Shown here: one piece after another, positions 50,001-61,140 of the stretch | How the letters are laid out: each line of letters starts with the position of its first letter | Position numbering within the stretch: the stretch's first letter is position 1 | NCBI RefSeq assembly: GCF_006345805.1 | Contig: NC_042998.1 | Coordinates: forward strand, 160,022,001-160,086,000 | Direction: 5' to 3' | DNA: 64,000 nt | Origin: Octopus sinensis | Lineage: Eukaryota | Program-made: the position numbers and the translations under genes | The notes under the pieces: model-generated | Databases searched by the model: none | What the model was told of the DNA's origin: nothing | Seen by the model: only the letters and a program-made list of their open reading frames with translations

Positions 50001-53000
50001 AAACAGCTGAATTATCACAACATATATACAGACACACATTCAAACATCCCTATTCCACACATCATTCCCAAGTTACCTCTATCCACATCATTTAGTGGAT
50101 GGAGGCACTCAGACCATTTACCAAACACTTACACATTATACAATGTTCTACTCTATGAAGATAAAAATCCTTTCTTTGCTTCACATCTGAGCTAACAGAT
50201 AATTCATTACAACCTGTTTAGCAGAACATCAACACTTAGAAGTTACTCAAGGACACTGAACTATCCTTTGGGTTACAAGGCTTGCTTAGCCAGAACTAAC
50301 ATTTTTTTAGACCAAATTTTAAGTCTTAAAATGTTGGCATTCGCTATTTTCTACAAAATAAAATCTGTTTCAATTCATCTCAATTCTATGTTATCCATAT
50401 TGCAAAGAATATTTTCTACACATTAATGCACATTTTCAGAGTGAATAATCTGTATTACACACACCATTCGGTCCATTTGTCTTTTTTCCATACTAGCAGA
50501 GGTTTAATGAAGCATTACTTTATACCTAGCACCCTTCCTGTCACTATCCTTTACATCTTAATTCCCCTTTTCTTTAAAAGCACGAAGCTAGGGAATGTTA
50601 ACATGTCATCATTTGTTCAAAGGGTTTCATGCACAATGCAGAATTTAAGCAGACATACACGCACACGTATATACATATGATGGAAGCCCATCATATATAT
50701 GTATACAAGTAAACATCTACCAATTCCACTAACAAGGCAGTGGTTAGTCCAAGGCCACATAAAAAATATTCGCCTAAGGTACCACACAGTAAGATAGTAC
50801 TTGAAACCATGTGTTTTACAAAGCAAACTCCATACAACCATGTTTGCATAGGTATGTAAATTACATCCACATCCTGTACAAAGAATTTGGAAGTGTGTTA
50901 CATTGTATAGGACAACAGCATTTCATTGCTTGCTTCAATCTATTAACTGTACATTAAATGATAGACTCAACTGTACTCTATGATAGAATAAAAAATGCTT
51001 AAAAGATATTCATGAAAAAAAAAAAAAAATCAAATACAAAACCAGCTCTTACATAATATAATGAACACATGAGAAAACAGCCACAAGGATCACACTTCTA
51101 AGTCATGTCTATTCATTTACTATTACTAGAACATATTCGTATCTTGAGCATATTATGGAAAACAAATCTAGAGTATTTAATCTCTGAAAATTAAATAGTT
51201 GTTTCTTTTACAAGGTCACCAAGAGTTAATTATAGCTGAATAGTTATTTTCTAACTCTGCACCAAAATTTTAAGTGCTCATAATTCCTAGTTGGCAACTT
51301 TTTTCTTTTGTGCTCTCCCACCACTCTCCTGACTCAGTGAGGGTGTGCAACTGTGCAGTGGCGCAATTGTAGCTCAGTTGTCGTAGGAGGCAGACTTTGC
51401 TTTGTCTTCAACCAATGGTGAATCAGTGAATGGTAATGGCTACATAATAAGCTCACATTGATTTTTCCTCCCATTTCAATTCATGGAAATATTTTTTTGA
51501 TGAATAAAACTTTTCTCTATTGCTTTTCTCTATACTGCTGAGGATATGCATAAGCTTGCAAGAAATGAAGCTAGTATGCTCCGATAGATGTGTAATGTCA
51601 GTATTCATACTTGACAGAGTGTAAGTACCTTGAGAGAAAAGTTGGACCTAAGAAGCATCAGTTGTGGTGTGCAAGAGAGACGTTTGCACTGGTATGGTCA
51701 TGTAGCGAGAATGGATGAAGATAGTTGTGTGAAAAAGTGCCACACCCTAGCAGTTGAGGGAACCTGTGGAAGAGGTAGACCCAGGAAAACCTGGGATGAG
51801 GTGGTGAAGCACGACCTTCGAACTTTAGGTCTCACCGAGGAAATGACCAGAGACCAAGACCATTGGAAGCATGCTGTGCGTGGGAAGACCCGGCAGGACA
51901 AGTGAGACCATAACCCGTGGCCTCTACCTGGGACGTAGCCAGCCCACTTATGCATACCTTTCCTTCTTGTGACACAAACCCTACTTGTGAAGACCTGTTG
52001 AGGCAAGCGAAAATCGAAATCGATCAACATCAATGGAAATTGTAGCTGTGATACCAGTGCCAGTGGCACGTAAAAAGCACCATCTGATCGTAGCTGTTTG
52101 CCAGCCTTGTCTGGCACCTGTGCAGGTGGTACGTAAAAAGCACCCACTACACTCACGGAGTGGTTGGCGTTAGGAAGGGTATCCAGCTGTAGAAACACTG
52201 CCAGATCAGACTGGGCCTAGCACAGCCTTCTGGCTTCCCAGACCCCAGTTGAACCGTCCAACCCATGCTAGCATGGAAAACGGATGTTAAATGATGATGA
52301 AAACTTTTCTCTATTATTGGTTTGCTGTGTTTCACCAACAATTTACAACATATATTTTATGCAAAAAATTTATTATAGTTTTCATTCAATGAATAAATAT
52401 ATCTTCAGTTCAAGTTTTGATTTAATGTATATTGTGACAGAGATTGCCTGTTATGTTACTTTTTTCAGCAGTATGACAATATTTTACATAATTGTAATGC
52501 TTTAAGCATTTTTGTATTGGGATGTGTTTAGGCTCCAGGGGACTATCCATTTTTGGAAATCTGAAGTGACTAACGCAGGGTTAACAATTTGCAAACTTGT
52601 AACTATATCAGCAATCTTATACAAATACTATTGGCTAATCATTTATCATTTCAACCATAGCCATTACTCTCCTGATATTTGTCAGTCTCAAAAATTATTG
52701 GCCTCAATATTTAGCTACCAGCAAGAAAGAAAAATATACAGCACTTACGCACAAGTCCCTGAAGTTTCTTGAACCTTTCCAGAAAGCTGCCATCATTGAC
52801 AAACATATCCTGACTGGCTGTGGTAACTACAGGGTTAAGTGGAGACACAGTTGGTAAACCCTCGATTTCAACTTTGGGCTTTTTCAAGTCTGTGTACTTT
52901 TTCAGTAAAGATGGTCTTTTACCAAATCTTATGAAAAGAAAAGTAAAATACACACATTCATATACATGCAGCACAGTACATACAAATATACAAAGTATAT

Positions 53001-54115
53001 GTGTTCACACAAGCATAGATACAGGCACAGAAAGAATTGGCAGTGGGGGAGTGTCAATTATTCTTAAGACTACTCTATCATGAATGATTGTAAACACTTG
53101 ATTATAAAAACATTTATCAAAACAGTGAATTTATAAGCACCAAATCATAAATCATGTCAAGCAAAATACATTACTACTTTCAAACTATATAGCATTCTGA
53201 AACTCAAGATAATTCATCTACAGAGTGGTTCTCCCCAAGATGGAAATATCAAAAGCAGATTATCACAGCCAATATCCTGAAATAAACAAATCCTAGAACA
53301 AGGCATTGAAGAGTTGGTTTCCTTCATGATATAAACACAAATGATTGGTTGATTAAGAGCCAAGGCAAGCAAAGTAGGTGGCATTTCAATTTACATTTGT
53401 TGTAAAAGATCCAATTCAAACAGTAAACATTTGAAATGGCAGAACCAAGCCACGGTACTCTTTTACTGTTTCTAATCATTAGCAAAGAAAAGAATACAAA
53501 TATAAACATTTTTGAAATTCCTTTTGTATGTTTTCAGAGGAACTGCAATCAATTCCTTCAAAACAGTAACAACTCAACAAAGTTGGCTTTACACAGTCAC
53601 TCATCCCACTAAATGTAGAAGCCAAATTCTCCTCTATTTACCTTATAAAGAAAAAAAACACACTGTTCTAGCCAACAAAAGAAAATTGCCATCATGGTCA
53701 ATGGTTCTGATCACAAAACTAAAATTTGTGCCAAACAAATATTAATTTTAAAAACACAGTTGAATTTATAAAAAAAAGTTGAGTGTTATTGATAAATTGA
53801 AATAAAAAGGAAAATTGGTCATACAGCTCCTAAAATGTCAACTTACAGTTTTGATTTAAATTTATTAGCAAGGTTAGTTCCAGGAGCAGAACCACTAGAA
53901 TCTGATATCTTCTCAGAAGACAGATTTTTCATTTCATCTTCTAGCTTTTGTTGTATTTTGCGCTTCTTTTCTTCAATGATTTGCTCCTGTCTGGACATTT
54001 GTTTCATCTTCTCACGGAGGCTTGTGCCATAGTAATTTGATGTGTTACCAGAGCCTGGAGCAGAATTACCACAACTAGTGGCAGGACTAAGGTTGTTGCC
54101 ACCAAGTCGAGACAT
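23378..54115 (-). CDS. SUGP1: SURP and G-patch domain-containing protein 1 (splicing factor 4), 724 aa
   Basis: 14 phase-consistent exons: 54115-53847, 52927-52749, 48750-48355, 43660-43543, 40860-40760, 37413-37296, 37038-36917, 35338-35141, 34882-34794, 28331-28157, 27006-26909, 25632-25478, 24018-23889, 23404-23378 (2175 nt). Motifs: [64 protein letters not shown]-patch ([19 protein letters not shown]), and the C-terminus [28 protein letters not shown]. Confidence 0.95.
23889..24018 (-). CDS. SUGP1: SUGP1 coding exon 13
   Basis: [43 protein letters not shown]. Confidence 0.95.
25478..25632 (-). CDS. SUGP1: SUGP1 coding exon 12 (G-patch)
   Basis: [51 protein letters not shown]. Confidence 0.95.
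26909..27006 (-). CDS. SUGP1: SUGP1 coding exon 11
   Basis: [33 protein letters not shown]. Confidence 0.95.
28157..28331 (-). CDS. SUGP1: SUGP1 coding exon 10
   Basis: [13 protein letters not shown]...[27 protein letters not shown]. Confidence 0.93.
34794..34882 (-). CDS. SUGP1: SUGP1 coding exon 9
   Basis: [30 protein letters not shown]. Confidence 0.9.
35141..35338 (-). CDS. SUGP1: SUGP1 coding exon 8 (UHM-ligand-like motif)
   Basis: [11 protein letters not shown]. Confidence 0.9.
36917..37038 (-). CDS. SUGP1: SUGP1 coding exon 7 (end of SURP)
   Basis: [21 protein letters not shown]. Confidence 0.9.
37296..37413 (-). CDS. SUGP1: SUGP1 coding exon 6 (SURP domain)
   Basis: [30 protein letters not shown]. 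Confidence 0.9.
38891..40148 (+). mobile_element. Mariner (DD34D) transposon with a pseudogenised transposase
   Basis: ~28-bp TIRs (TTGGGCCATCCCATAAATAATGC and GCATTATTTATGGAACGACCTAA), TA TSD; remnants [46 protein letters not shown]; stops and frameshifts. Confidence 0.92.
40760..40860 (-). CDS. SUGP1: SUGP1 coding exon 5
   Basis: [33 protein letters not shown]. Confidence 0.8.
41900..42111. mobile_element. piggyBac-type MITE (TTAA-flanked)
   Basis: TTAA-CTCTTTAGCATT...AATGCTGAAGGG-TTAA; sister copies at 31600-31814, ~21130-21310 and ~55165-55272. Confidence 0.75.
42997..43230. repeat. Fold-back (~76-bp stem, 5-nt loop) of a Penelope-like element end carrying hammerhead motifs
   Basis: 42997-43073 is the reverse complement of 43079-43154 with one mismatch and one bulge. 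Confidence 0.9.
43030..43067 (-). ncRNA. Putative minimal type I hammerhead ribozyme (Penelope-like)
   Basis: CUGU / CCGACGA / ACG-GGAA-CGU / GAA / ACUC-A-GAGU / A / ACAG. Helices I, II and III all pair; triplet GUA; core deviates at U4C. Confidence 0.6.
43543..43660 (-). CDS. SUGP1: SUGP1 coding exon 4
   Basis: [16 protein letters not shown]...NFEITS; 118 nt, needed to bridge phase 1 to phase 2. Confidence 0.8.
43761..44731. repeat. Long inverted repeat (MITE-like, ~210-bp arms) with the left arm split by an RTE-tail insertion
   Basis: 43761-43866 pairs with 44626-44731; 44307-44406 pairs with 44519-44618. Confidence 0.88.
43866..44303 (-). mobile_element. RTE 3'-tail-derived short element
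   Basis: Same catcatcatcgtttaacgtcc...gtgggtgctttttacgtgccacc sequence as the LINE tail. Confidence 0.9.
44846..45014 (+). mobile_element. RTE 3'-tail-derived short element, inverted relative to the 43866 copy
   Basis: Nearly identical reverse complement of 43866-44030. Confidence 0.9.
45166..45424 (-). mobile_element. Tigger/pogo-like 5' remnant
   Basis: TA then CAGTCAACTCTCGCT terminus at 45422; [24 protein letters not shown] resembles a CENP-B-type HTH start. Confidence 0.65.
45920..46560. mobile_element. Two opposed mariner-like transposase 5' fragments
   Basis: Plus: [22 protein letters not shown]-like remnant near 46007. Minus: [26 protein letters not shown]-like remnant. Confidence 0.7.
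46716..46753 (+). ncRNA. Degenerate minimal type I hammerhead motif in a Penelope-like fragment
   Basis: UCUUU / CUGUCGA-A / GAGC-GUAG-GCUC / GAAAC-AU-A / AAAGA; deviations at A6 and G16.2. Confidence 0.5.
46860..47250 (+). mobile_element. tRNA-derived SINE, well-preserved copy
   Basis: ggcgcaggagtggctgtgtggtaag...ggttcagtccc head, (TA)/(TG) middle, gactgaaacaagtaaaagag tail. Related copies: ~2905-3050(-), 26325-26690(+), 27110-27440(-), 27785-28085(-), 30955-31325(-), 55310-55630(+), 56590-56965(+), 59330-59685(-), 60650-60880(+). Confidence 0.88.
47345..48038. repeat. Crossed inverted repeats X-Y-X'...Y'
   Basis: X 47345-47431 pairs with X' 47548-47634; Y 47450-47546 pairs with Y' 47942-48038, which I read as 97/97 identical. 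Confidence 0.9.
48355..48750 (-). CDS. SUGP1: SUGP1 coding exon 3 (Ser/Thr/Pro-rich)
   Basis: Strong polypyrimidine acceptor and gtgaga donor; open frame SQQSDSVSK...[13 protein letters not shown]. Confidence 0.85.
51535..52300 (+). mobile_element. 3' fragment of the same RTE LINE family
   Basis: [14 protein letters not shown]...[12 protein letters not shown]...[15 protein letters not shown], same 3' UTR and ATG tail; TSD aaacttttctctatt at 51507-51521 and 52301-52315. Confidence 0.92.
52749..52927 (-). CDS. SUGP1: SUGP1 coding exon 2
   Basis: FGKRPSLL...[20 protein letters not shown]. Confidence 0.9.
53847..54115 (-). CDS. SUGP1: SUGP1 coding exon 1
   Basis: MSRLGG...[21 protein letters not shown]...ANKFKSK; acceptor at 54131 gives a short 5' UTR part; donor gtaagt. 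Confidence 0.88.
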
Positions 54116-54462
54116 TATTCAATGAAAAATCTGGAAATATTCCAAGGAAAAATAATGTTAAACAATTCTCTATCCTTAAAATTGCTGAAAATAGCATAGA
54201 CAGAAGTCATTGTGTATGCAAGTGTGATGTATGGAAGATAAGCAAATAACAAATTTAGTTGAAATATCAACAATAATATTTTATGATAAGCATGATTACA
54301 CATGAATAAATATATTTCTACACAAAATCAGAAATAATAATTTTCATAGTTCTGTATAATAAATTCCAAGTTGAAATAGATTTTGAATCCATTAAGAGAT
54401 CAGAACAGTTTATATAAAACTTAGTGTGATGCTTCCAATACATCTACTTGGCCTTATCTCCC

Positions 54463-54686
54463 TTAACCCTTTTGATACCAACCTGCTTGAGATCGTCTAG
54501 AGTTCTATGACAGAAACTTTTAAAGTTGTTTAAATTATAATATTCCATTAAAATTCTGTTAATTTGCTCCAGACTCCAACTTAATAATGAGAAAGTTGTT
54601 TTACTAAATTCTTCATTATCTTCAAAATTAAGTAATTGAAACAAAAGCAGCATATGTCAACATAAACATGGTAACAAAAGGGTTAA
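54463..54686. mobile_element. Second piggyBac-type MITE family
   Basis: TTAA-CCCTTTTGATACC...GGTAACAAAAGGG-TTAA; related copy at ~35915-36105. Confidence 0.75.
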
Positions 54687-57600
54687 AGTTTGTTGTATCA
54701 TCATTTGTTTGACTCTTCTAATTAGAGGGTATAAACAAATATATCACTCATTAGAAGATTTGCTAATTCCTGACAGAACTGTTGCTTCTCAAATTAGTCT
54801 AAATTGCATTTTTTTCAAGCCTACCTTATATGACAAATTTTCAATATTCGAATTTACATACCATTCACATTGCTAATATAATTGCTATACAAATTTTGAT
54901 AATACCTTACTAATTACAATAGGAACCAATCATAAATTGGTGACCATTACACAGTTTAAAAGGGACAATGTTGCAATATAATAGGTGTTATTTAAAAAGA
55001 ACGAGAAAAAGAGATTCAAACCATAATTTTCTTATAGTCTATCATACAGCACCATTATTTCACAACTTATCTCCCTCTTATAAACTTTATATACTAATGC
55101 TCTTAAGAGCCATATCTGGTCAAAATATTCTATTTTATGTTCAAACATCAGATTTAGTCACTCACACCAACCCTAGAATGTAATACCAAAAATAAACAAT
55201 CACATCACAGAAATTTTGAAAACTGAATAAATAAGCATAACTTTTGACAGAGTAATCTGAATGCTAAAGGGTTAAAAAGATTTCTCTCCATCAAAACAGT
55301 TTCTCTAAAACTAATCACTCAACTACATGGTTCTGGGTTCCGTCCCACTGAGTAGTACCTACTGGCCAACCAAAGCCTTGTGAGTGGATTTGGTAGACAG
55401 AAACTGAAAGAAGTCCCTTGTATGTGTGTATGTGTCTGTACCTATGTTCATCCCCCACCACTGGTTAACAACCTGTGTTGGTTTGTTTACATCCTTGTAA
55501 CTTAGCAGTTTGATAGACTAAGTACTAGGCTTTAAAAAAAAACAGGTTCTGGGGTCGAATCATTTGATTAAAAGTTCTTCAATGTGGTGTCCCAGCATGA
55601 CCGTAGTCTCATGACCAAAACAGTTAAAAGATAAATTTTTTTAAAACTTAACACCAATATCCTAAAGACTGGTATTTATGAAAACCAACACTCCACTTCT
55701 TCTAATAAGTGAAGACCTTTCCAGTCTTTTGGCACACTAAACTTAAAAAAAAAAAAATCAATCGTGTTTCAGCTGACAGTACACAACATTTAATGTCCAT
55801 TTTCCATGCTGGCATGGGTAAGCTGGACAGCTGCCACAGGCTCCAGTTGTCTGTTTTGGCTTGGTTACTATGACTGGATGCCCTTCCTAATGCCAACAAC
55901 TTTACAGAGTGTACTGAGTGTCTTTTATGTGTCACTGTCACTGGCCATGAACACGATTTCACTTAGCTTGACGAATTCTCTCAAGTACAGCAAATCACCA
56001 GGTGTCTTGCTTGCTTGTCATCACCTCTGCAAGACTCAACAACTGAAGATCATATTTCGCCAACTCATCCCATGTCTTCCTGAACAATTTCAGTTGTATC
56101 CACAAATGCTAAGAACATTGTATTTTAGTCGCACTTTAATGTAAAGGTCATTTATAGTTCTGACCCCTAATACTTACACCTCTGGTTCCTCTCTCTTGCC
56201 AGTGCAGTATGAAAGTTAGCCAGAAGATATCAAACCAATAAAGATATTTGTACATAGCTTCCATGAAAATAATAGTAAATTTGTCTGCCCTAAAATTGAA
56301 TACTTGTAAAATACAGGAGATTTATTTCAATTTTCATTAACCCTTTTTAAGCAGATTTTACATGAAATACATTGCCGATGAGTTTCACTAATTTTGAAAA
56401 TAATCAAGAGTTGAAAAGATTTAGTAAGGTAACTACCTATTCCAATATTCAGCCGAGGTTTACAATATGAATCAACAAAAATGTTTTTACATGAAATCGT
56501 GAATGTAGATTTTAATTTATAGATAAATTTTTTAAAACAGTAAGGTTTTATATCATAGAACTAAGTTAACTCCAGAGATTAAAATTTTTATTTTCAAAAG
56601 TTAGACAAAGGCATGGCTGTGTGGAAAGATGTTTGCCTCCCAACCATGTTTCCAAGTTCAGTCACACTATGTGGCACCCTGGTCAAGTGTTTCCTACTAT
56701 AGCTTCAGCCCAACCAAAGCTTTGTGAGTGGATTTGTAGACAAAAACTGAAATAAGCCTGTCGCGTGTGTGTGTTTGTCGCTCATCATTGCTTGACTATT
56801 GGTGTTGGTTAATTTACTTCTCCATAATTTAGCAGTTTGGCAAAAAAGAGCGATAGAAAAAGTACCAGGTTTTTTTTAAAAAAAATACTGCAGTTGATTT
56901 GTTCAAATAAATTTCTTCAAAGCAGTGCCTCAGCATGGCCACAGTTTAATGACTGACACAAGAAATAAAGAAATTAGTTTTTATATAAAAAAATTATGAA
57001 CATTTTGTAATTCATCCAACATACACTAGAACTTAGATCAGTCTGTCTGCTCTGACATATGAGACAGTTACTGCTGTTTACAAAAACATTCTGGACAACA
57101 TCCCAAACAATGCCATTCGGCTGATTATTAATAATTCACTAACCAACCACTTGCCTTCTCATTGTCTTCTCTCTCTGCCAATGTTCCTCTAAAACTAAAT
57201 AACTGCAGATTCTCTCCAACTATTACCATGCATCTTCACATCCCAGATTCTTCACAAAACATTCTGTAGAGAAAGTGTTACTACCCAGAATTAATACTCT
57301 CTGGAATGCATCCAGCCAACTTCTCAATCATCTCATACTGATAGATATTGACCTACAAATGTTTAACAGATTACTCACATGACTTTAGTAGGCCCATGTC
57401 CTTGCTCTATATCCTTTCACTAACTTATAAAGAGAAAAATTAGTTAAGAATAGAATTGACAATATAATAGCACCCAGCACACTCTGTGGGGTAGTTGTCA
57501 TTAGGAAGAGCATCCAGCAGTAGAAACCAAGCCAAAACAAACTGGAGCCTGCTGCAGCTCTCCAGTTTACTATCTCCAGTCAACCTGTCTGCATTCCAGC

Positions 57601-57884
57601 ATGGAAAATGGACACTAAATGATGATGATGATGTATATTTATACATCCAAGTAGGCCCAGGAGAATGACTTATACCACTAACAGAATATGATGCATGAGT
57701 GGAGATTTCAAAATTCAGTTATCCTTCTAATGTCAACTAATTGTTGTGAAAAGTATTACAATCTCAATTCTTTATCCAGAAATCATAAGTAGGTAGACAT
57801 TTCTACAGAACACTTATTTCTACAATTTCAACACGTTAAAAAACTTAGAAATAAATCAATGTTAGAGAAAAAATATTTTTGTAT

Positions 57885-58171
57885 AGAATTTATCTTAATA
57901 TAAACAGCTGTTTTCTTTCCACTACACTAATTTATACCAATCTCCAAGAGATTTGAGTTTCTTATTAACTGAATGCAGTAAATGAGAAATATAGACAGCC
58001 ATTTAAATCATGGTAATAAAAAAAAAAACTCATTTGCTACAGAATTTATCTTAATATAAACAGCTATTTTCTTTCAACTACATTAATTTATACCAATTAC
58101 CAAGAGATTTGAGTTTCTTATTAACTGAATGCAGTAAATGAGAAATATAGACAGCCATTTAAATCATGGTA
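57885..58171. repeat. 156-bp-period tandem duplication (2 copies)
   Basis: agaatttatcttaat...aaatcatggta at 57885 and again at 58041. Confidence 0.9.
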
Positions 58172-58961
58172 GTCAGTCTCATTTTTTTAGAAAGCGTTAA
58201 GACTATGAATCTCTGCAATCCACAATATGTCATTTCAACTGTAAGACCTAAATTTTCGTAGTTGGATCAAATGACAATGTCCCAAGCATTTCTTGAGAAC
58301 TTTCTTAATAATCTTCAACATCATTGTAAAAAAACAAAAACAAACATCTGATAATGATATGAATCATATATTTACTCACATTCAACATCTATATTTCCAA
58401 ATTTCAACAAATCAATGGACGACTTGTTACAGGATCCTACACATAATAAGTCTAGTTGGATAATGTAGTTACTCCAAAGTATGAAATGCCTGAGAAATAA
58501 GTTCATCATGGTCTGAATATATTTTGACCATACACATATTTAGGTAGCACTAATCTAGGACTAAGAAACAATAATCACTATTCCATCATTTATATGTTAA
58601 TATACAACATTATACTGAACATATATCACTGTCCAGCCACAAGTTCCTAAACCTCTTCCATCCATTGACACTAATCATGTGGTGTTTCTCTCCACATTTA
58701 ATTAGATCAGCTTTGTAGCATAGCTTAAATACTACTAACAAGGGAAGTACCAAGGTTGTCTTCAGACTTTAGGTCTGAGTTATTGATATAAACAAAAGAT
58801 CTTATCGAAAGAGGAAATCAATGAATATACATCCAACAATATTAAATATAAAATTTAGTATGACATTTAAACACAAACTTTTACTAAGTCATCAAAAACA
58901 TTGGTACAATATTAACATCAATATTTCAAGATATTCAGAAACCAAGAAAATTGTTTTACGT

Positions 58962-59290
58962 CATCATCATCATCGTTTAACGTCCACTTTCCATGCTAGC
59001 ATGGGTTGGACGATTTGACTGAGGACTGGTGAGCCAGATGGCTGCACCAGGCTCCAATCTGATCTGGCAGAGTTTCTACAGCTGGATGCCCTTCCTAATG
59101 CCAACCACTCTGTGAGTGTAGTGGTTGCTTTTACATGCCAGTCAGGCGGTACTGGCAACAGCCACGCTCAAATGATGTTTTTTACGTGCCACCTGCATAG
59201 GAGCCAGCCAGCCCAGCGGCACTGGCAATGACCTCGCTTGAATGTTTTTTCACGTGCCATCAGCACAAGTGTCAGTAAGGCAACGCTTTG
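58962..59290 (-). mobile_element. RTE-tail-derived short element
   Basis: catcatcatcgtttaacgtcc...; older related copies near 1672-1830, 25780-25950, 48150-48300, 55790-55930 and 57470-57635. Confidence 0.85.
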
Positions 59291-60094
59291 CCATCACATA
59301 TTGTTAACTCCCGGGTTGGCCTATCTTTTATTGGTTTCAGTCATTAGACAGCAGCCATGTTGGGGCACTGCCTTGGAGAATTTTAGTCAACTGAATTGAC
59401 TTCAGTACGTATTTTTTTAAAGTTTAATACTTATTCTATTGCCTCTTTTGCCAAACCGTTACAGGGACATAAACACACCAACACCAGTTGTCAAGTGGTG
59501 ATGGGAGACAAACACAGACACACACATGCACAAATGATGAGCTTCTTTCAGTTTGTCTACCAAATCTGCTCACAAAGCCTTGGTTGGGCTGAAGCTCGAG
59601 AAGACACTTATCCAAGGTGCCATGGAGAGGGACTGGACTCAGAACAGTGTGGTTGAGAAGCAAACTTCTTACCACATAGCCACGTCTGTGCTTATGAGCA
59701 GATTTGTGATCGAAGGCATTCCAACAATAACTATCCAGTGTTTTTTTTGTATATTTACAACTATTATACAATGTATGCTTTCTTTTTCAAGAGAGTAGCA
59801 TGTCATTTAAGATCCGTCCATTAGTTGTAGCAGGTCAAGCAATTATATCGATGCTTCCTCTTTGGCCATTGGTAGTAGGGCAGTGAGTTGAGCATCAAAT
59901 AAAGATATATAAAAATACTGCAATTTTTTTCCTCAGGTCTCTACATTTTGAGTTCAAATCCTGTCAAAGTCATTTTGGCCTTTCATCCCTTCAGGGTTGA
60001 TCAAAATAAGTTAAAATTCTGTTGGGGGTTGACTGATTTCAACCTTGCTGAGTTGATAAATAACAATCAAGTATTGGATAAAGTGGAACTAATC

Positions 60095-60488
60095 TAGGAT
60101 CTTTTCGGTTTGAATGGCAGTTTTTAACATAATTTCTAGGTAACTAAGAAATTTTAAACTTCGTATACTGGCAGAATGTGTTTATAAAACATCTTTTTCT
60201 CTTGGCTTTATTGAGAAAATTCTATAGTTTGTAAGATATTTGTTGTTTTTTCTTCAATTTCTGCAATTTCAACCAATCAATAACATCTATTGAGGTAAAA
60301 AACATTCTGTGCTTTATGAATATGTCCCTCATTTAAGAAACAGATTGGGTTTATTTACATTTGTGAAGAAAAAAAGATACCCTTCCCCCTAACCCTAAAA
60401 CAGATTGAAATGCAATAGATCGATACTAGGGTCATAATTATGGGTGACAATTTCATATGACAGCGCTAGAAAAACTGCCGTTCAAACC
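60095..60488. mobile_element. MITE-like element
   Basis: ggtttgaatggcagttttt near 60107 is inverted as aaaaactgccgttcaaacc near 60470. Confidence 0.6.
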
Positions 60489-60889
60489 TAATCTACCCTT
60501 CTCTTCCCAAACTTTTGTAGCCTTGTAAGCTCTACCACATCACTGAAGACTGAATCTTTGAATTCTGGAAAATAAAATTTACAAATTTCTTTCCAGACTT
60601 CCATTTGTTTTTTTGTTTTTTTTTCAAAAAAGGAAAAGAGTAAAGACAAATTTTTGTTTGTGTGTGTGTGAGCACATGTCTGCACGTATGGATGTCTTTG
60701 TGCCGGTTTGCCTCCCACCACCATCGCTTGACGACTGGTGTCAATGTGAACATCCCCTCACTTAGTGATTTGGCTCAAAAGAAAAAAAAGTATTGGGATT
60801 GATTCGTTCTACTAAAATTCATGGCGGTGGCCCAGCAAGGCCACAGTTTAATTACTGAAACAAGTAAAATATAAACAGAGATACTACAA

Positions 60890-61140
60890 AGTAAGGGGCC
60901 CACTGTCTCAACCTACCAGCATATATACTGACTTTAAATTTTGACACATGGCCAGCAATTCGGGGGAGGGGGCAGGTCGATTACGTCGACTCCAGTGCAT
61001 AAATGGTACTTATTTTATCGAGCCCGAAAGCATGAAAGGCAACTTGGACCTCGGCGGAATTTGAACTCAGAACGTACAGACGGACGAAATACTGCTTAGC
61101 ATTTTGTCCGGCAGGGTAACGATTTGGCCAGCTGGCCGCT
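60890..61140 (-). mobile_element. SINE of the same family as 4478-4696
   Basis: Reverse complement of ...gagttcaaattccgccgaggtc...ttcatgctttcggg.tcgataaaataagtacc... Confidence 0.8.
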
